A stretch of 64,000 bases of DNA from Camelus dromedarius (GCF_036321535.1 NC_087436.1:18166001-18230000); one strand, 5' to 3'. Positions 25,301 to 38,379 are shown, counted from the stretch's first letter. Numbers and translations are program-made. Notes: generated by a model not told the origin, from the sequence alone.

Positions 25301-26332
25301 ACGCATGCACGTTATGGTGAGAGAGGAATGATCTTGCTTCCACTCCAAGTGTAATTCTGTCATATGTGGGCTTTTTTGTTGTTGTTGTTTTGTTTTCTGA
25401 CACTATCAGGAGTCTCTGGCTCTCAGGAGTACCACACAGATATAGCAATCTCTTCCAAATGAAGCAACTTGCTTTCTAAAAAAAACCACCACCGACAAAT
25501 GCATCCCTGACGATATACTGCTAGGCGCTGTGCTGATCTGTCCCATATATTCCAAGCATTCTGGCTAATCAGCCATTCCATTTTGAGCATCTAAGGTTCT
25601 CACTGCTTCTCCAGAACTCTTTTTGGGCAGCTCCACCCACATACAACATCACTGTTTCCACAGCAACCAGTGAATTTCATAATGAGCAGGACTGGGAAGG
25701 AAGAAATCAAGGGCGGGAGGGGAGAAGAGAGACACACGCTGAATCATGGGAGGAGTCTGCGAAATCTTAAAGCCGGGCACAGCTCCTAAATGCTTCATGT
25801 GTAAATATTAAACATGCAAATATAATCTATACCTTGGTTTCAATATGCAAAATCAATACCCACATTTAGAGATTCACACACTTCTTAAAATGAGCTAAAA
25901 TTACATACAGCCTGAGAACGGTAAGGGAACTATAAACCGAAACGTGTCGACAATCGTTCTCCTCTGTAACCCGGATCTGGCAAACCTGAAGCATTTGGGA
26001 GGCTTGGCTGGGGACTCTGGGAGAGGAAGACAGAGGACGCAAACTTGAACTATTTCTTAACTCCAAGCGACACTGACCTCTTTACATCAGGAGAAACATG
26101 TCCCAAATGAAGACCCTCAAGAGTTAAAGGGGTTGGAGAAGCACCAAGATTAAAGCCAAGGTGCTCTCCCACAGCCCCCTGGGCTTCGGGTCCTGGGAGC
26201 CACACAGGCTGGCTCTGGTCCATCCAAAGCATCAAGGGACAGACTTGTGCTCCCGAGAAGCCCACGACCAGGGACCGCCTGCCCACTCTGGGCTTGCAGA
26301 CAGCCTACCACAAAGCTCCTGCTAATACTTAC

Positions 26333-26424
26333 CATCCTCGAAAATCGCTCCGATTTCAAAAGATAATTCCGAGCTGTGTTCTGCTTCACACGGATACACC
26401 GCCCGAGCCTTCCGATGGATGACG
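26333..26424 (-). CDS. ARHGAP10: ARHGAP10 penultimate coding exon (SH3 N-terminal half)
   Basis: CCCCTTCCAG|C GTC ATC...GAG GAT G|GTAAGT; 92 nt; VIHRKARAVYPCEAEHSSELSFEIGAIFED. Confidence 0.96.
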
Positions 26425-27273
26425 CTGGAAGGGGAGCACACAGGATACACGCTGAAACGTGCGGAAACGGGAGCGAGAAACCTCACCTTTCCCCCACCCG
26501 CTCTGCCCGAACCTCCTGGGTATGTCGGCAGCGGGGCCACGCCTTCCAAAAAAGAAATTAGCAGGGACATGAACATCAAACAAACCCACAGCACTTGACT
26601 CATAAATGATGGGTTTCAAACTCAAATCTTTCTTGAGGGAGCCTCTCTGAAAAGCTTTCCCCGAACCTCTTCAGCTAATTCTCCTCTCCGCTTGGTGGGA
26701 TGCCCTTTCGTAGCATTCAGCATCACTAGGGCCACAAGGCATGTTTATTTCCACAGCATTTCAGTTTATCTATGAAAGAAAAGCACTGGTGTCTCGAGAC
26801 GGAAGGCGGGCAGTGACGGGCAGAGGCACACAGACACGAGTGGCTACAGCCATGCACCGCAGACTCCGATCTGTCTACACTGACAGCCTGCTTCCTTGCC
26901 ACCCTGGAAGGGGCTCGTTGTCCTCAGCGGGATCTTCTTTATCTGACCCCCTCACTCTTGCCCCCAAGAGGCACATCAGGCTCAGCTTCTCACCAAGTGT
27001 CAAAACGTCCTGTGTCCTTGCAGGAAACGAACACAAGTGGGGAAGGATGGAAACCACGCTACCAGCCAGGTGCACCCAAGCCAGGAGGAAGTAAGACGAG
27101 GGGAAGCCACTGATGGGAAGAGGAGCCTCAGCCGGCTGCCCCCGAGGAAGGGCTTGCTAACAGCCAGCACCTCTGGCCCTTTAAGCGGCTGTTAAAAACT
27201 GTTTCCAGTGCCCAGTTTATCTTCACTGAAAACAAAGCACGTGCTTTGTATTCATGTATAAAAAGTTCTTCAA

Positions 27274-27418
27274 GGGGGGAGGATATATATAGCTCAAGTG
27301 GTAAAGCGCATGCTTAGCATGTACAAGGTCCTGGGTTCAATCCCCAGTACCTCCTCTAAAAGTAAATAAATAAACCTAATTACCTCTCCCCCAAAGAGGG
27401 GTAAAAAAAACCTAAAAA
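27274..27418 (+). mobile_element. Vic-1-type camelid SINE (tRNA-Ala derived), with 3' tail
   Basis: GGGGGGAGGATATATATAGCTCAAGTGGTAAAGCGCATGCTTAGCATGTACAAGGTCCTGGGTTCAATCCCCAGTACCTCC, then (TAAA)n-CCTAATTACCTC and an A tail. TSD AAAAAGTTCTT at 27260-27270 and 27419-27429. Confidence 0.9.
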
Positions 27419-27702
27419 AAAAAGTTCTTAAAAAATAAGCAGTTTCATAGATGCACAACCCACACCAAAAAGATTAGGTTCGAGCAGGTCTCTCGTACGG
27501 CAAATTTCCCCTAAGAATGTACTTGCCCTCGAACTAAAGCTAAGACAGTGTAAGACAAGGCTGTGAACGCTGCCCACGACGTCCAGGAGGCCGGGAGCAC
27601 CGGAGCCAGCTTCCTCCGCGCGGGGAGCACAAACACCTGCTCAGGCTGATCCCACCCCTCCGTGTGCCGCCCCACCATTGATGTCACACTCAAACCTCGT
27701 AC

Positions 27703-27855
27703 CTGTCAGGTGGCTTGTCCGCTATGGTAGCAGGAAGTGAGGGAGGGAAAGGCGAAGGCTTGGGTGAAGGCGGTGTAACAGCCGGGGTGCAGCTCGGGGT
27801 GGCTGGAGACTGGGGGTTAAGCCACTGCACCGTGGATGATCGTGTCTGGCTCGGG
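27703..27855 (-). CDS. ARHGAP10: ARHGAP10 coding exon (Ser/Pro-rich region)
   Basis: CTTCCACCCTTAG|C CCG AGC...CCT GAC AG|GTACGA; 153 nt; PSQTRSSTVQWLNPQSPATPSCTPAVTPPSPKPSPFPPSLPATIADKPPD. Phases are compatible on both sides. Confidence 0.93.
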
Positions 27856-28619
27856 CTAAGGGTGGAAGTTTGGAGAACAGGATTAATAGTATAAAGGCCA
27901 CAGAACACCAAATACATCACACTTCACTCTAAGTGGTGAGGATGACAGCTCCTTTCTCTCTCCAGATGGCCAAGTCCTTTCCATGTCCTCCCAGGTCTGT
28001 AGCCCCGAGAGCCACACCCCCAAACTAGAGATGCCTTATTGTACTTCTCCAGGTTTGTGGAGAAGACCTAGTCTTGTCCAACCTGGCGCCACATTGGCTC
28101 ACTCATTAGGACACCAGAATCCAATGACCAAAACTAGTTGCTTGGACTTTTGAGACATTCAGGTTTTCTGCTTATAAAGTCACAAGAACCTACAGTCAAG
28201 CCCATGATCTACAGCTCTAAAACGTCAACACTTACCGCTTAATGTTTAAAGCTCTTCCATCTGGTCATGTACATGTAACAACTCAGAAAAAAAAATGCCA
28301 GTGGGAATCAAGATTCCTCTTGAGTGGACCAAACACTATCATTTAAGGGAGAAACCAATGAATAGTAAACCTTTGGTGAGCTTAACATTCATCCTTAATA
28401 TTTGCAGATTTTGAAAATAATGTAAGAAAGTCAGTGAACGGACTCATGGAGGGGCCTCTATACGTGTCGATCTGAATTAAATGATTCTTCAGTGATTTCA
28501 AAACTGGAGGCTTATCCCTACGGTCTTTGAAGCTTGCTTTAAAAGCCACCATGTGGAAAGCTCATTTCATTCCAATACATGTTTAACACACAAGTATCCA
28601 ATGTTGCTGCACCCATATG

Positions 28620-29335
28620 CTCTGCATCTCAAATTCACCCTCTTTGGCTCAAACCAGTTTCCGTGAGCAGCTTCCTTGTCCTTCCACATTCCTGAGCATT
28701 ATCTTTGAGGCTTCTTCTCTAGCAGAACTAACGTCACGTCCTGGCCATTTTTACTTCAAAAAGCTCCCAGGGCCTGTCCCTTTGTCTCCCCTCTTATCAT
28801 TAACAGGAGACTACCCCATTCTCACCACCCATGCCCGTGTTACCCCTGCGGTCTCCCAGCCAAACCCCCAGCCCATTCCTCCAATTCGACCAGCTCAACT
28901 GGCCACACTCCAGCCACCTGGGTAAGACCTAGTCTCCCCCATCTGCCTCCACAAGAACAGATGTATTCCCCCACCTTCCCTCCAGGGGCTCCCCCACTGC
29001 TCCAGCAGCCTGGCCACTCTGCCCACAGCTCCACTTCCTGACGGTCCCCCATCCCGTCTCACAGTCCTCCTCCCCTGCTGTCGGTCATCCGTCCCTTCCT
29101 CCACTCAGCCCCAGCTGCCTCCCCGGGAAGTACCACTCCTTTGGCCTCTTGAAGTCACAGACCCTCTCCGAAGGCCTGGAGCACCAATAGGTGGGAAGCC
29201 AGGTTGCCATGAGTTGTTCTGTGATGCTTTCAGACACTTCTCTCGCCTTTGTGGTAAAAGCGGGTGCTTAACTCTTTCCGGAGACCTCACAAAGCCAGGC
29301 AGGGTGCTTGGCACAGAAAGCTTTCAGCAACATCT
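28620..29335 (+). mobile_element. Degraded L2 LINE
   Basis: Pyrimidine-rich L2-like sequence ending CAGGGTGCTTGGCACAGAAAGCTTTCAGCAACATCTG. Confidence 0.55.
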
Positions 29336-30916
29336 GAGCAACCAATTCAGATGTTCTCACATGACAACCGGGTTTTGTAAGTCAGGCACATGAACTATCA
29401 CTGCATTAATCACTTGATAGGTATTTAGCACACAGAAGGTTTGCTACCCTTTGATCAGAAAAGGTGGAGTGCATTTTAAACACATTATCCTTCGAACAAC
29501 ATATTTATAGCCCCCCCTTTGCAGCCATTCATTTGGAAGTCATAAAACCTATTTCATGCCAAGCAAAGAAACCTGTAAATCCCAAAGTGATCTACATCAC
29601 CAGCAGCAAAGGCACTCAATTCTTTAGCAGAAAACGAACCTGTAACGGTGTCTTACTAATCAGTCAGGGAGAGGAAGGCATGAGTGACGCTCTGACAGGG
29701 AATTTAAGACCAGAGTTTTAGCCCAACCATTGCCATTTTCTCTCCCAGCAATTACTCGAGGTGCTTGGAGGTGGAGGTGGTGGTGGTGGAGGACGAGATG
29801 TTTTACCACACTGCCAACAGCCATTCCTCGTCATAGAGTTAAGCGCTTAAATGACAGCTGTCTACCTGCAGAGAGAGAGGACAGCCACGAGAGGAAGACA
29901 AAGCGACAATGTGTGGATTGATCAGGCTCTTTAAAACTAAAGGTCATTATTTTATAGCTATTATCTACTTAATCCTCACATCTTTCTTTTTAAAAAAAAA
30001 AAAGTGTGTGTCTGTGTGTTTTTGGGGGTTTTTTGTAAAGGGAAAATACCCCTTTTAAAGTGTTGCAAAGCAGATGCAGAGGGTAAGGGCTTGTCTGTCC
30101 TTAGGCAGGCTTTCTCCAGCCTGTCCCCAAACAGGAACTCAGGGTCAGATGTCCCAGTCCAGAGTCAAGCTCTCAACACAAGCCTTTTTTGTTTCTTCGT
30201 TTGTTTCCCATGATCTTTTTGTTGTCTTTCAACGTCCAGATGTGCTATGCGACCCTACACTCACTGGTTCGCCAAGAGAGCCCGGCAGACTCCAGCTTAG
30301 CCCTAAATTTCTCTATTTGAGCTCCTGGGTTTCCCCACAGCATCTCAGAAGTCCCAGCTCAGGACCTCTCCTTTGGATTTTCGAATCCCATGTGGACACA
30401 AACTTTGCAAGCTGGAATGTTCTTTGAGAGGAAGCAAAACCAAGTCTGGAAACAGTCTCTATGGAGATGAGGCATAAGAAGTCACGTGGAGAACTGGAGT
30501 CCCGTGAAAGAGGAGACGCGCACAGCCAAAGTTTGGGGAACAGAACAGAGTAGCTGCGTGAAAATAAGAAACTTTTCACCAACATCTGCACCGGGCAGGA
30601 GTAGGGGTGAGGCAAGAAGCGGTTAAATAAATGTTCTGAGACCCAAGCAGAGTTCTCCCCTTGGCCAGCAAGGGCCAGAGGATGGCATGTCTCACAGGTG
30701 TCTCCCATAAGTAAACCACCCAAATCTTTCTTTTCAACACAGGAAATTGTAAACATGAGCTTCCTTCTATAAACCATCTCCCCCCTACTTTTTAGAATTT
30801 GGGGTTTATTTTGTTTTTTTGGTAACAAGAATCAAAAATTTTTTCTTAACTATTGAATTCTTTAGAATATAATATTTACATTTTCTCAAAAAGCAGTAGA
30901 AGAAAGTATTACTTTT

Positions 30917-31101
30917 TAAAAAATTTTTTATTGAAGTATAGCTGATTCACAATGTTGTGTTAGTTTCTGGTGGACAGCAAAGTGATTCAGTTATATACAC
31001 AGATACAGATATTCTTTTTCAGAGTCTTTTCCATCATAGGCTATTACAAGATACTGAATATAGTTCCCTGCGCTCTACAGTAGGTCCTTGTTGTTTACTT
31101 G
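30917..31101 (-). mobile_element. Short L1 3'UTR tail (cetartiodactyl type) with 15-bp TSD
   Basis: TTTATTGAAGTATAGCTGATTCACAATGTTGTGTTAGTTTCTGG...GAATATAGTTCCCTG; TSD GAAAGTATTACTTTT at 30902-30916 and 31102-31116. Confidence 0.92.
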
Positions 31102-31323
31102 GAAAGTATTACTTTTAAAAGAGAATTTCTGATAGTCTCTTTCTCTTCTTTGATTCAAAGCATTTTAGAGGAACTCTAGGCATTTGGGAAATAACAGCCG
31201 ATAGCAAAGGTCTAGCAGTTTTGCTCAGCCCAGGCCCTAGGAGAGAATGAGGTCCCAGGGCATCCATGTACGTAATGAATTAACATCTCTTCTCTACATC
31301 TAGAATCGTTCCAGCTACCTATG

Positions 31324-31731
31324 TGCTGGGACACAATTCTCTTTGGGTCTCCGGTGTTTCTGTACTTCTAGTGAGCAGACATACTGGCTGCTTTGGTCCT
31401 GGACTGTCTTTTCAAGGATGTTTGTAGAGCACAGAGCCTTGGAAGATAAAGTTTGTGTCTTCCCCTAGAGCGAACAGCAGGCTTGACCGCCTGTCATAAA
31501 AGATCTGGTTTTCCTGAAATCTGGGTTCCTCTCTTGTAACACTCCACAGGCAGGTGTCATCAGGCCCTCTGTGGGGACTGGGCCTTGAGGAATTCATACT
31601 CTGAGGACCATGATAGCGGTGATCAGTACAGTCCTCGACTCTGACTTGGAGTCCCCCATCTGCTTCCAGCATCCTTGGAATCATGGCAGGCAAATGTGGG
31701 AGTCAAATGTCAGGCTTCACACTTCCTGACA
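31324..31731 (+). mobile_element. Solo ERV1 LTR (MER89-like)
   Basis: TGCTGGGACACAATTCTCTTTGGGTCTC...CTGGACTGTCTTTTCAAGGATGTTTGTAGAGC...GCCTTGGAAGATA...TTCCTGACA. Family assignment is from memory. Confidence 0.7.
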
Positions 31732-32410
31732 TCAGCATCCTTGGGAGCAGGGGAAAACACTTGGGTCCTTTTTTGTATCCTGTGGTTCAGAGGAGAATCC
31801 TGGCTAAGAAAGTCTCGAGGTTAACAATCAAAAACGATACGTGACCTAAGAAGAAAAAGCCCGTTCACTACCTGCTAGGACATAGAGAAATATTTTGAGT
31901 GTCCTCTTCTACCACTTTCCAAATTTGAGTATTTAAAAAAAACCTATTTAGTTCCTTCTTCCTGCTGCCCCTTTAACTATGGATTTTTGATGAGTAGGAC
32001 TGGCATGATCGCAAACACGGATTTTACTTAATAATGAGCGGCTGACCAGTTACCAAAAAGCACCTACGTGCCGCACATTTCCTGAAAGCCAACTTGTGGT
32101 TTGCAAAACTGGAAGCAGAAGTCAACTCTTCCTGAAAAGCTCAAAAACCACATTTAGTGAAAACAGAAACAAATTACAGAGAAGCCCTAGTATCCGTTTC
32201 TCTGCTGCCTGTCCAGTTTCACACGCTAACCTGAAGGAATCTCGACTCTTCTCCGTTTTCAGGGCAGAAGAGCCAACACCATCACCACCTTTCTTTGAGA
32301 AGAACTCTTTCCTTCTTGAAGAAAAGAAAGGGAAACGAGAGGGTTTCAGTAAAAACACAAAGCTTTCTTACTGCTAACTCAAACTCATCCTTGAAAACAC
32401 ATATTGAACA

Positions 32411-33040
32411 TCTACCGGGCATGTATCCAGAGGGAACTCTAATTCAAAAAGACACCTGCACCCCAATGTTCACAGCAGCACTATTTACAATAGCCAAGAC
32501 GTGGAAGCAACCTAAGTGTCCATCGACAGATGACTGGATAAAGAAGTTGTGGCTTATTTATATAATGCCATAAAAAAGAATAAAATAATGCCATTTGCAG
32601 CAACATGGATGGACCTGGAGAATGTCATTCTAAGTGAAGTAAGCCAGAAAGAGGAAAGAAAAATACCATATGATATCGCTGATATGTGGAATTAAACACA
32701 CAAAAAAGGATAAACTTATTTACAAAACAGAAACAGACTCACAGACATAGAAAACATACTTATGGTTACCAGCGTGGGAAGGGATAAATTGGGAGTTCGA
32801 GATTTGCAGATACTAACTACTATACATAAAACAGATAAACAACAAGTTTATACTATAGAGTACAGGGAACTATATTCAATACCTTGTAGTAACTTGCAGT
32901 GAAAAAGAATATGAAAACGAATATATGTATGCTCATGTATGACTTAAGTATTGTGCTGTACACCAGAAACTGACACAACATTGTAAACTGACTGTACTTC
33001 AATAAAAATATTAAAGCCAAAAAGAAAAAGAAAAAGAAAG
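32411..33040 (+). mobile_element. Relatively young 5'-truncated L1 (ORF2 C-terminus plus 3'UTR)
   Basis: Open frame GMYPEGTLIQKDTCTPMFTAALFTIAKTWKQPKCPSTDDWIKKLW; 3'UTR CAGGGAACTATATTCAATACCTTGTAGTAAC; AATAAA at 33001 and a (GAAAAA)n tail. Confidence 0.95.
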
Positions 33041-34149
33041 TGCACTGGGTATTCCTAAGGCAACAGAGGGGTCTCCTGCCTTGGGGCAGGGTGGGCGGAG
33101 GGGCTGGGGAATAGAACACACGTCTGTGAAGGTGATGAGAGAATTCCCCCCAACAGAAAGAACATGTGCCTTGGAGAAACAGGTCTGTATCTCCGGGACA
33201 GAGCCTGCGGCTTTCGCGACAGGAAGGAAGAAACCCTCAAGAACAAAGAATTATGATGGCAGCTGCGGATGTGTCCCCTCTACAGCTTTTACTTTTCGAA
33301 ATCTAACAAACCAGCAGTATTGCTGCTTCTGGTTCAAACTGTGACCCAATCTTATCTAATGCCAGACTCCACGCGCCATGCATATTAAAAAAATTTCTGG
33401 CAGCAAAAGAGCACAAACATTTCGGAAATGGGGGAGGGGAGTCAGGGCCTTAACTTAAAATTCGGCAACAGCTGCACCCGTCACCCGAGCGCGTCTGCGT
33501 CTATAACAAACATTTCTTGCACAGCAGAGATGGGTCAGGCGGTGGGCAGTGCTGGCGATACAAGTCTTGGAGCACAGAGCGGAATTTAAAATTCGAAGAG
33601 AGAAAACATATTAAGAAAAGAAATGACTGCTTCTCTGAAGTGATTAACCCCCCCCCCCAACCAAGATCTTTGACTATGGTTTTCTGATGTCGGCATCAAG
33701 TCAAAAGTTTGCACTGGAAGGAAAGACATTCAAAACCTCATTTGCAAGGTCTCCGAGCAGAAGCTAACACATTAGTGAAATGATCTCTCATTCCAGCCCG
33801 GGAAACATACAGCATAAGTCTAGAACAGCTGTCCTGGGCAAAAGTGTTTGAAAATGTTAATAAAGACAGAAGGAAATATTGTAGATCTGTATATTATGGG
33901 AAATCTCTGTTCAAATAAATGCCACTGTTCTTCCTTAAGTGCCACAGAGGGAGAATTCCTCAGCCAGCACACTGCTGGGTCCAAATGAGCACAGGGAGGG
34001 GGACGCCAGGGGAGAAGAGCAAAAGCCTGGGTCAGTCACCGTAACCCACAGTGTTCAGTGAGGAGGCCTTTACTGACCATTAGGAGGGTTCGAAGTGGAC
34101 CCCGTTCACTCATCATTCACGGTCTGAGAACCACCTGTCGGCCCCGTGC

Positions 34150-34300
34150 TAGGCCCTGGGGGGACACTCAGGGAACTGTGACATCTGTTTTGCACGAGCT
34201 CCCAGTCAGGTGAGAAGAGAATGACAGACTGATCGCCACAACACAGGGTGATGATGACGTAAAGAGTTCCCAGGGTCCCGCAGGAGAGCAGAGGAGGGGG
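34150..34300 (-). mobile_element. L2 3' fragment
   Basis: GTGCTAGGCCCTGGGGGACACTCAGGGAACTGTGACATC...GAGCTCCCAGTCAGGTGAGAAGAGA. Confidence 0.55.
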
Positions 34301-35149
34301 CAGCCGACTGTCACGTGGGCACGAGGGAAGGCTTTCTGCCCTGAGCAGATGCTCCCGTGGTCAGAATCACCACCTCCCTACCCCTGGGCAGTGCACCACC
34401 CACTCCAGGCTATGCTGTCTCTCCGCATGACACATAAGAAGACCACCACAGAGAGGTGAAGGTGCCTCACTGAGGGTCATGTCAGTCCTGAGCCCTGGTG
34501 CGACAGGCCTGCAGGGAGCTCACAGCCTTAAGTCCCTGCCAGGGGCTGGAACAGAACACAAGGGGCCAAATGGAGGTAGGTGGGAGGCAGAGATCCTCCG
34601 GGCACAGGACCACTGAATCCGACACTCCCAGACAGGGCAGCTGAAGGGTTTTATTACACAAATTGTAAGTGCATGAAATGCTGCCACTCTCAGAGACACC
34701 TGGCTTGTGAAGACAGCTCTGGCCATGTGCCCATTTGCAGTTCCTGAATCTCCCTAAGCTTGTTCCTTTTTTTTTTGTTTTAAAAGGGGGGGAGGGGGGA
34801 GGTCACTTCTCACTCACAAAGGCTGGGGCACAGATGGCATTATTAGCCCCCACTGAGGGTCCACAACTGAAATCTGGGCAAGTTGCAATCTCCTTGGCCT
34901 CAGTTTCCTGAAAAGTGAAAGCACTGGTTAGTCGGCTGGGTGGCTGTGAGATGCAAATGACATGACAGCTGTAAAGCACACAGCAGTGAGTGGAGACAGG
35001 GAGAACCCAGTAACGCCCTTATTACGAGCATCAGGTGTTGCTGCCTCTGCCTTCCAGGCATACGCCATCACTGACGAATCGTTTTCTTTACCAAAAGACA
35101 ACAAACGATGTCAAAAAGGGGAAAACTACAGATATTAGGTAAATGTCAT

Positions 35150-35415
35150 CACTTAAAAAAATTGTTAAATACAATACGATCTCGTGGACTGGATCCTGGA
35201 ACAAAAAGGACATGAGTGGAATCAGTGAAATCCAAATAAAGTCTGTATTTAATAGTATCATACCAATGTGAATTTCTCATTTTTAACCAAAGCACCACAG
35301 TTTTGTGTAAGATATTAACAGTAGGGGAAGCGGGGTGAAGGGTCTAAGGCGGACTCTACTATCTTTGTAAATTTTCTGTAAATCTACAACTATTCTGAAA
35401 TACAATTTTTTTTAA
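35150..35415 (+). mobile_element. Ancient L1 3' fragment (L1MC/L1ME-like)
   Basis: GGACTGGATCCTGGAACAAAAAGGACAT...GAAATCCAAATAAAGTCTG...CTATCTTTGTAAATTTTCTGTAAATCTA. Confidence 0.75.
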
Positions 35416-35686
35416 ACCATAGGTTGTAAAAAGAATGACCCCAAATAAACTTTTTATTCATTGAAATACTAAAGGCCTTTTGAAATTATGATTTCACACT
35501 TGAAGACATCCAAAAACCATAAGCAAAACTTTTGGTTGGTTCAGTGACATGAGAAGATATGTCAGTTACTTTTAAAAGCCACCTGCACAGCCCACCTAAA
35601 ACACGGCAATTAATCACACTGGTTGAAAGCAGGTTTTAAGAAACGTGGGCTTTTCCGAAAAGATCAGTTTCGTTTACAGACTAGAT

Positions 35687-35879
35687 CGAGCGCAACAAAC
35701 GTTTTCTGTAAAGGGCTAGACAGCAAATACATCCGGGTTTGCAGCCTGCAGGTCTCGCAAATGCTTAACCCTGCCATCACAGCAGCACAAAGCTGTCGCT
35801 GACAAAATGGAAATCACTGGGTGCCGGTGTTCCAGCAAAGCTTGACTGATGATCACAGGCAGCAGTTGGCTGATCCCTG
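35687..35879 (+). mobile_element. MER58A (hAT-Charlie non-autonomous DNA transposon)
   Basis: CAAACGTTTTCTGTAAAGGGCTAGACAGCAAATA...GTGTTCCAGCAAAGCTT...TTGGCTGATCCCTG. Degenerate 8-bp TSD GACTAGAT/GAGCAGAT at 35679-35686 and 35880-35887. Confidence 0.85.
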
Positions 35880-38284
35880 GAGCAGATGGACCAGATGAGA
35901 ATCCACCTTGTAGTGGAGAGCTGTGGGAGATGAAGACAACGACGGCAGACGCCCCGGCGCTTGAGAAGCCTGCTCTCCTCCATCTTCCCTGCTCTATGGC
36001 ACGGGGATCCCGTGCGTGCCAGACACCAGTCGGCAAACACCCAGGACGTTCCTGCAGCAGCAGCTCTCCCCCACAACTGCTCGTGGTCACCTCCATGCAG
36101 GAGGGAGGCAGCCAATACATCAAGCCAGCACAGAAAAGCAACAGCTCGATCACCCTTGAGAAAAGCCCCTTCTGCAGGAAGTGGGCAGGGAGAGGGGGAA
36201 GGGCACCGAAGGAAATCCCTCGAGCACAGATAAATAAGACAAAGCCTTTTGGGGCTGGACACGGCCACCCTGGACTCTCATTCCCCCGATGTGGGATGCC
36301 AAGGCTGCCGGGGGCAGCACCATCCTATCACCCCAGATCTTACAAAGTTCACCCCCAGCTTGATCATTTTCTTGGGTTTTGCCATGAAAGAAATCTCAGA
36401 ATTACATCTCTGGCCAATCTTTCCCTGAGCATGTTCCTTGAATTCCATTTCTCTTCTCCCAGATGATCACTATGGAATCTGGTACGAGGGCTGGATGGGA
36501 GCTTGCTCGCTGAACAGAAAAGGAGCTATCGCTTCCTTTCAGAAAATCGTGGGGCTTTACAGGTCTCAGCAGGGTCACTGACAGGGATGTCTCTACCAGC
36601 TCGATTCATTTGTGGAAAACAGCCATGAAACAGGGGCTCCAAAGCACAGCTCAAAAGGGGTACAACACTACTCTGCCAAGAAAGCCCTCTGGTCACCCCC
36701 CCCCCCAGCTGTTTTGCAGGTTACCGTCGGTGACAGGTGAGCTCCCCTCACCGCTCAGAATACTTCACAGAGGCGGCTGGGTCCCAGTGGGAAGCCCATG
36801 CCTTGGTCATGCGATACTCAAGGGCCCTGTTCTCAGAGGCTTCTCCAAGGGAGGCACTGACAGAGCCAGGTGCCCTGAGTCCTCCCGGAAGAACTACTGT
36901 AACTGCTGGAAACGACACAACTTCAGGTCAATATCTGAGGCTTCTCTGGGACAAGCGAGGTTAATTCCCTGCGTCATTTAGTGAGGAGATCACATAACCG
37001 GTGAACCAGGTAGTCAGGTCAAGCTAAACTAAGAGCATCAAATTAGGTTCTCAGAGGAAAGGAAGAGGCAAGCAGGTGGCCGCCTAGGGCCCCCAGGGGA
37101 GCCGTGACTGGGCTTTATTACATGTGGTACCTTGAACACAACAACCCCAAGGGGCTCTTATTCCCCCTTTACAGATAATCTTGCTAAGCCTTGGTTTGCT
37201 CCAGCCATTTGCGTAAGGCCTCCAAAGCTTTAAGAACCAGAATAAGGATGCAACGCTCGGTGTGACTCAAAAGGCAGTGCTTTCCCGTTCTAACTCATGG
37301 TCCTCCGACTTAGGGAAAGCGCACGGGGTCCCTGCCTGCATTTCAATGCTGAGACACAGCCAACCAGTCTACGCACGGCCAGTGACAAATTACAACAACA
37401 GAAATCCATGAAACTAAGAAGAAAAAGAAAAACAAAACAACACTCACAAGGATTGTTTTTCTTTCTTTGTTTTTTTCTTTTTTTTGAGTCTTAAAGCAGT
37501 AGAAAAGCTATTACCAAAATTCAGACGTGTGCCTTTCTTTTGGGAAGTCAACTTTTCATCACAGGCCTTAAAAGTTACAGGAACGATCGACAACCTGGCG
37601 TGAAAATAAACCCTCCGTGTCTCAGAACCTGTAGTTCACAGTACAGCAAAGAAAGGCGTGAATTAGGCCCCACGCAAGTGCCAAGTGCACAGTACAAATA
37701 CCAAAAATACCCCAGAAGACACAAGGGGCAGGTATGGAAGGCTGGGAAGATGCGAGGTAGTCGGTCCAGCAAAATTCCTATAAAAGTTGGAGGGAAGAGT
37801 GAAGAAAACACACAGAACTAAACTCATCCCCCCTAAAATGCATGTGACTAGGCTGATGGTCGACGGCCAAGTATGTGGGCCCTGAGCTTTCCTGGATATC
37901 ATGTTACTCATAAAAAGATTATGGAAGCTGCCCTGTTGCAAAATATCAAATTTCCAAGCTTCTCACTCTGGTGCAGGGGACGATGGCCTCCTCCCCAAAT
38001 CACAGCCAGAGGTGCTAGATGATGAATGTGCAGCAATTCCGATTCAAGTGTTTATTCCCCGTAGATAATTATAAACCACAGCCACCTGACTTAACACAGG
38101 GTCAGCGCTCCCTCATCAAAACAGGGGCAGCAGCCAGCCGACAGCCGCTGGCATCTCCCTGGGTCTCAGAATCAGGGGGAAGCTACAACTTGATGAGGTT
38201 CCCACATGCGACCAGACAATTTCAGTAACAACAGTAAAACAGATCTAAGGGAACCACAGATCACAGGGGCAGACAGATCAGGGT

Positions 38285-38372
38285 CAGGCTCCACCTGTAC
38301 CCTTTACTGTGTGGCCTGGGGCAATTTTCCTACCTCTCTGTGCCTCCGTTTCCCTACCTTTAACAATGAGTC
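38285..38372. mobile_element. MIR fragment
   Basis: TACTGTGTGGCCTGGGGCAATTTTCCTACCTCTCTGTGCCTCCGTTTCCCTACCTTTAACAATGAG. Confidence 0.8.
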
Positions 38373-38379
38373 TGTCTCT

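Noticed and set aside
20902-33109. G-quadruplex motifs at 20902-20931 (- strand) and 33083-33109 (+ strand)
   Set aside because: Such motifs are common in GC-rich mammalian introns and neither is near a splice site or promoter.
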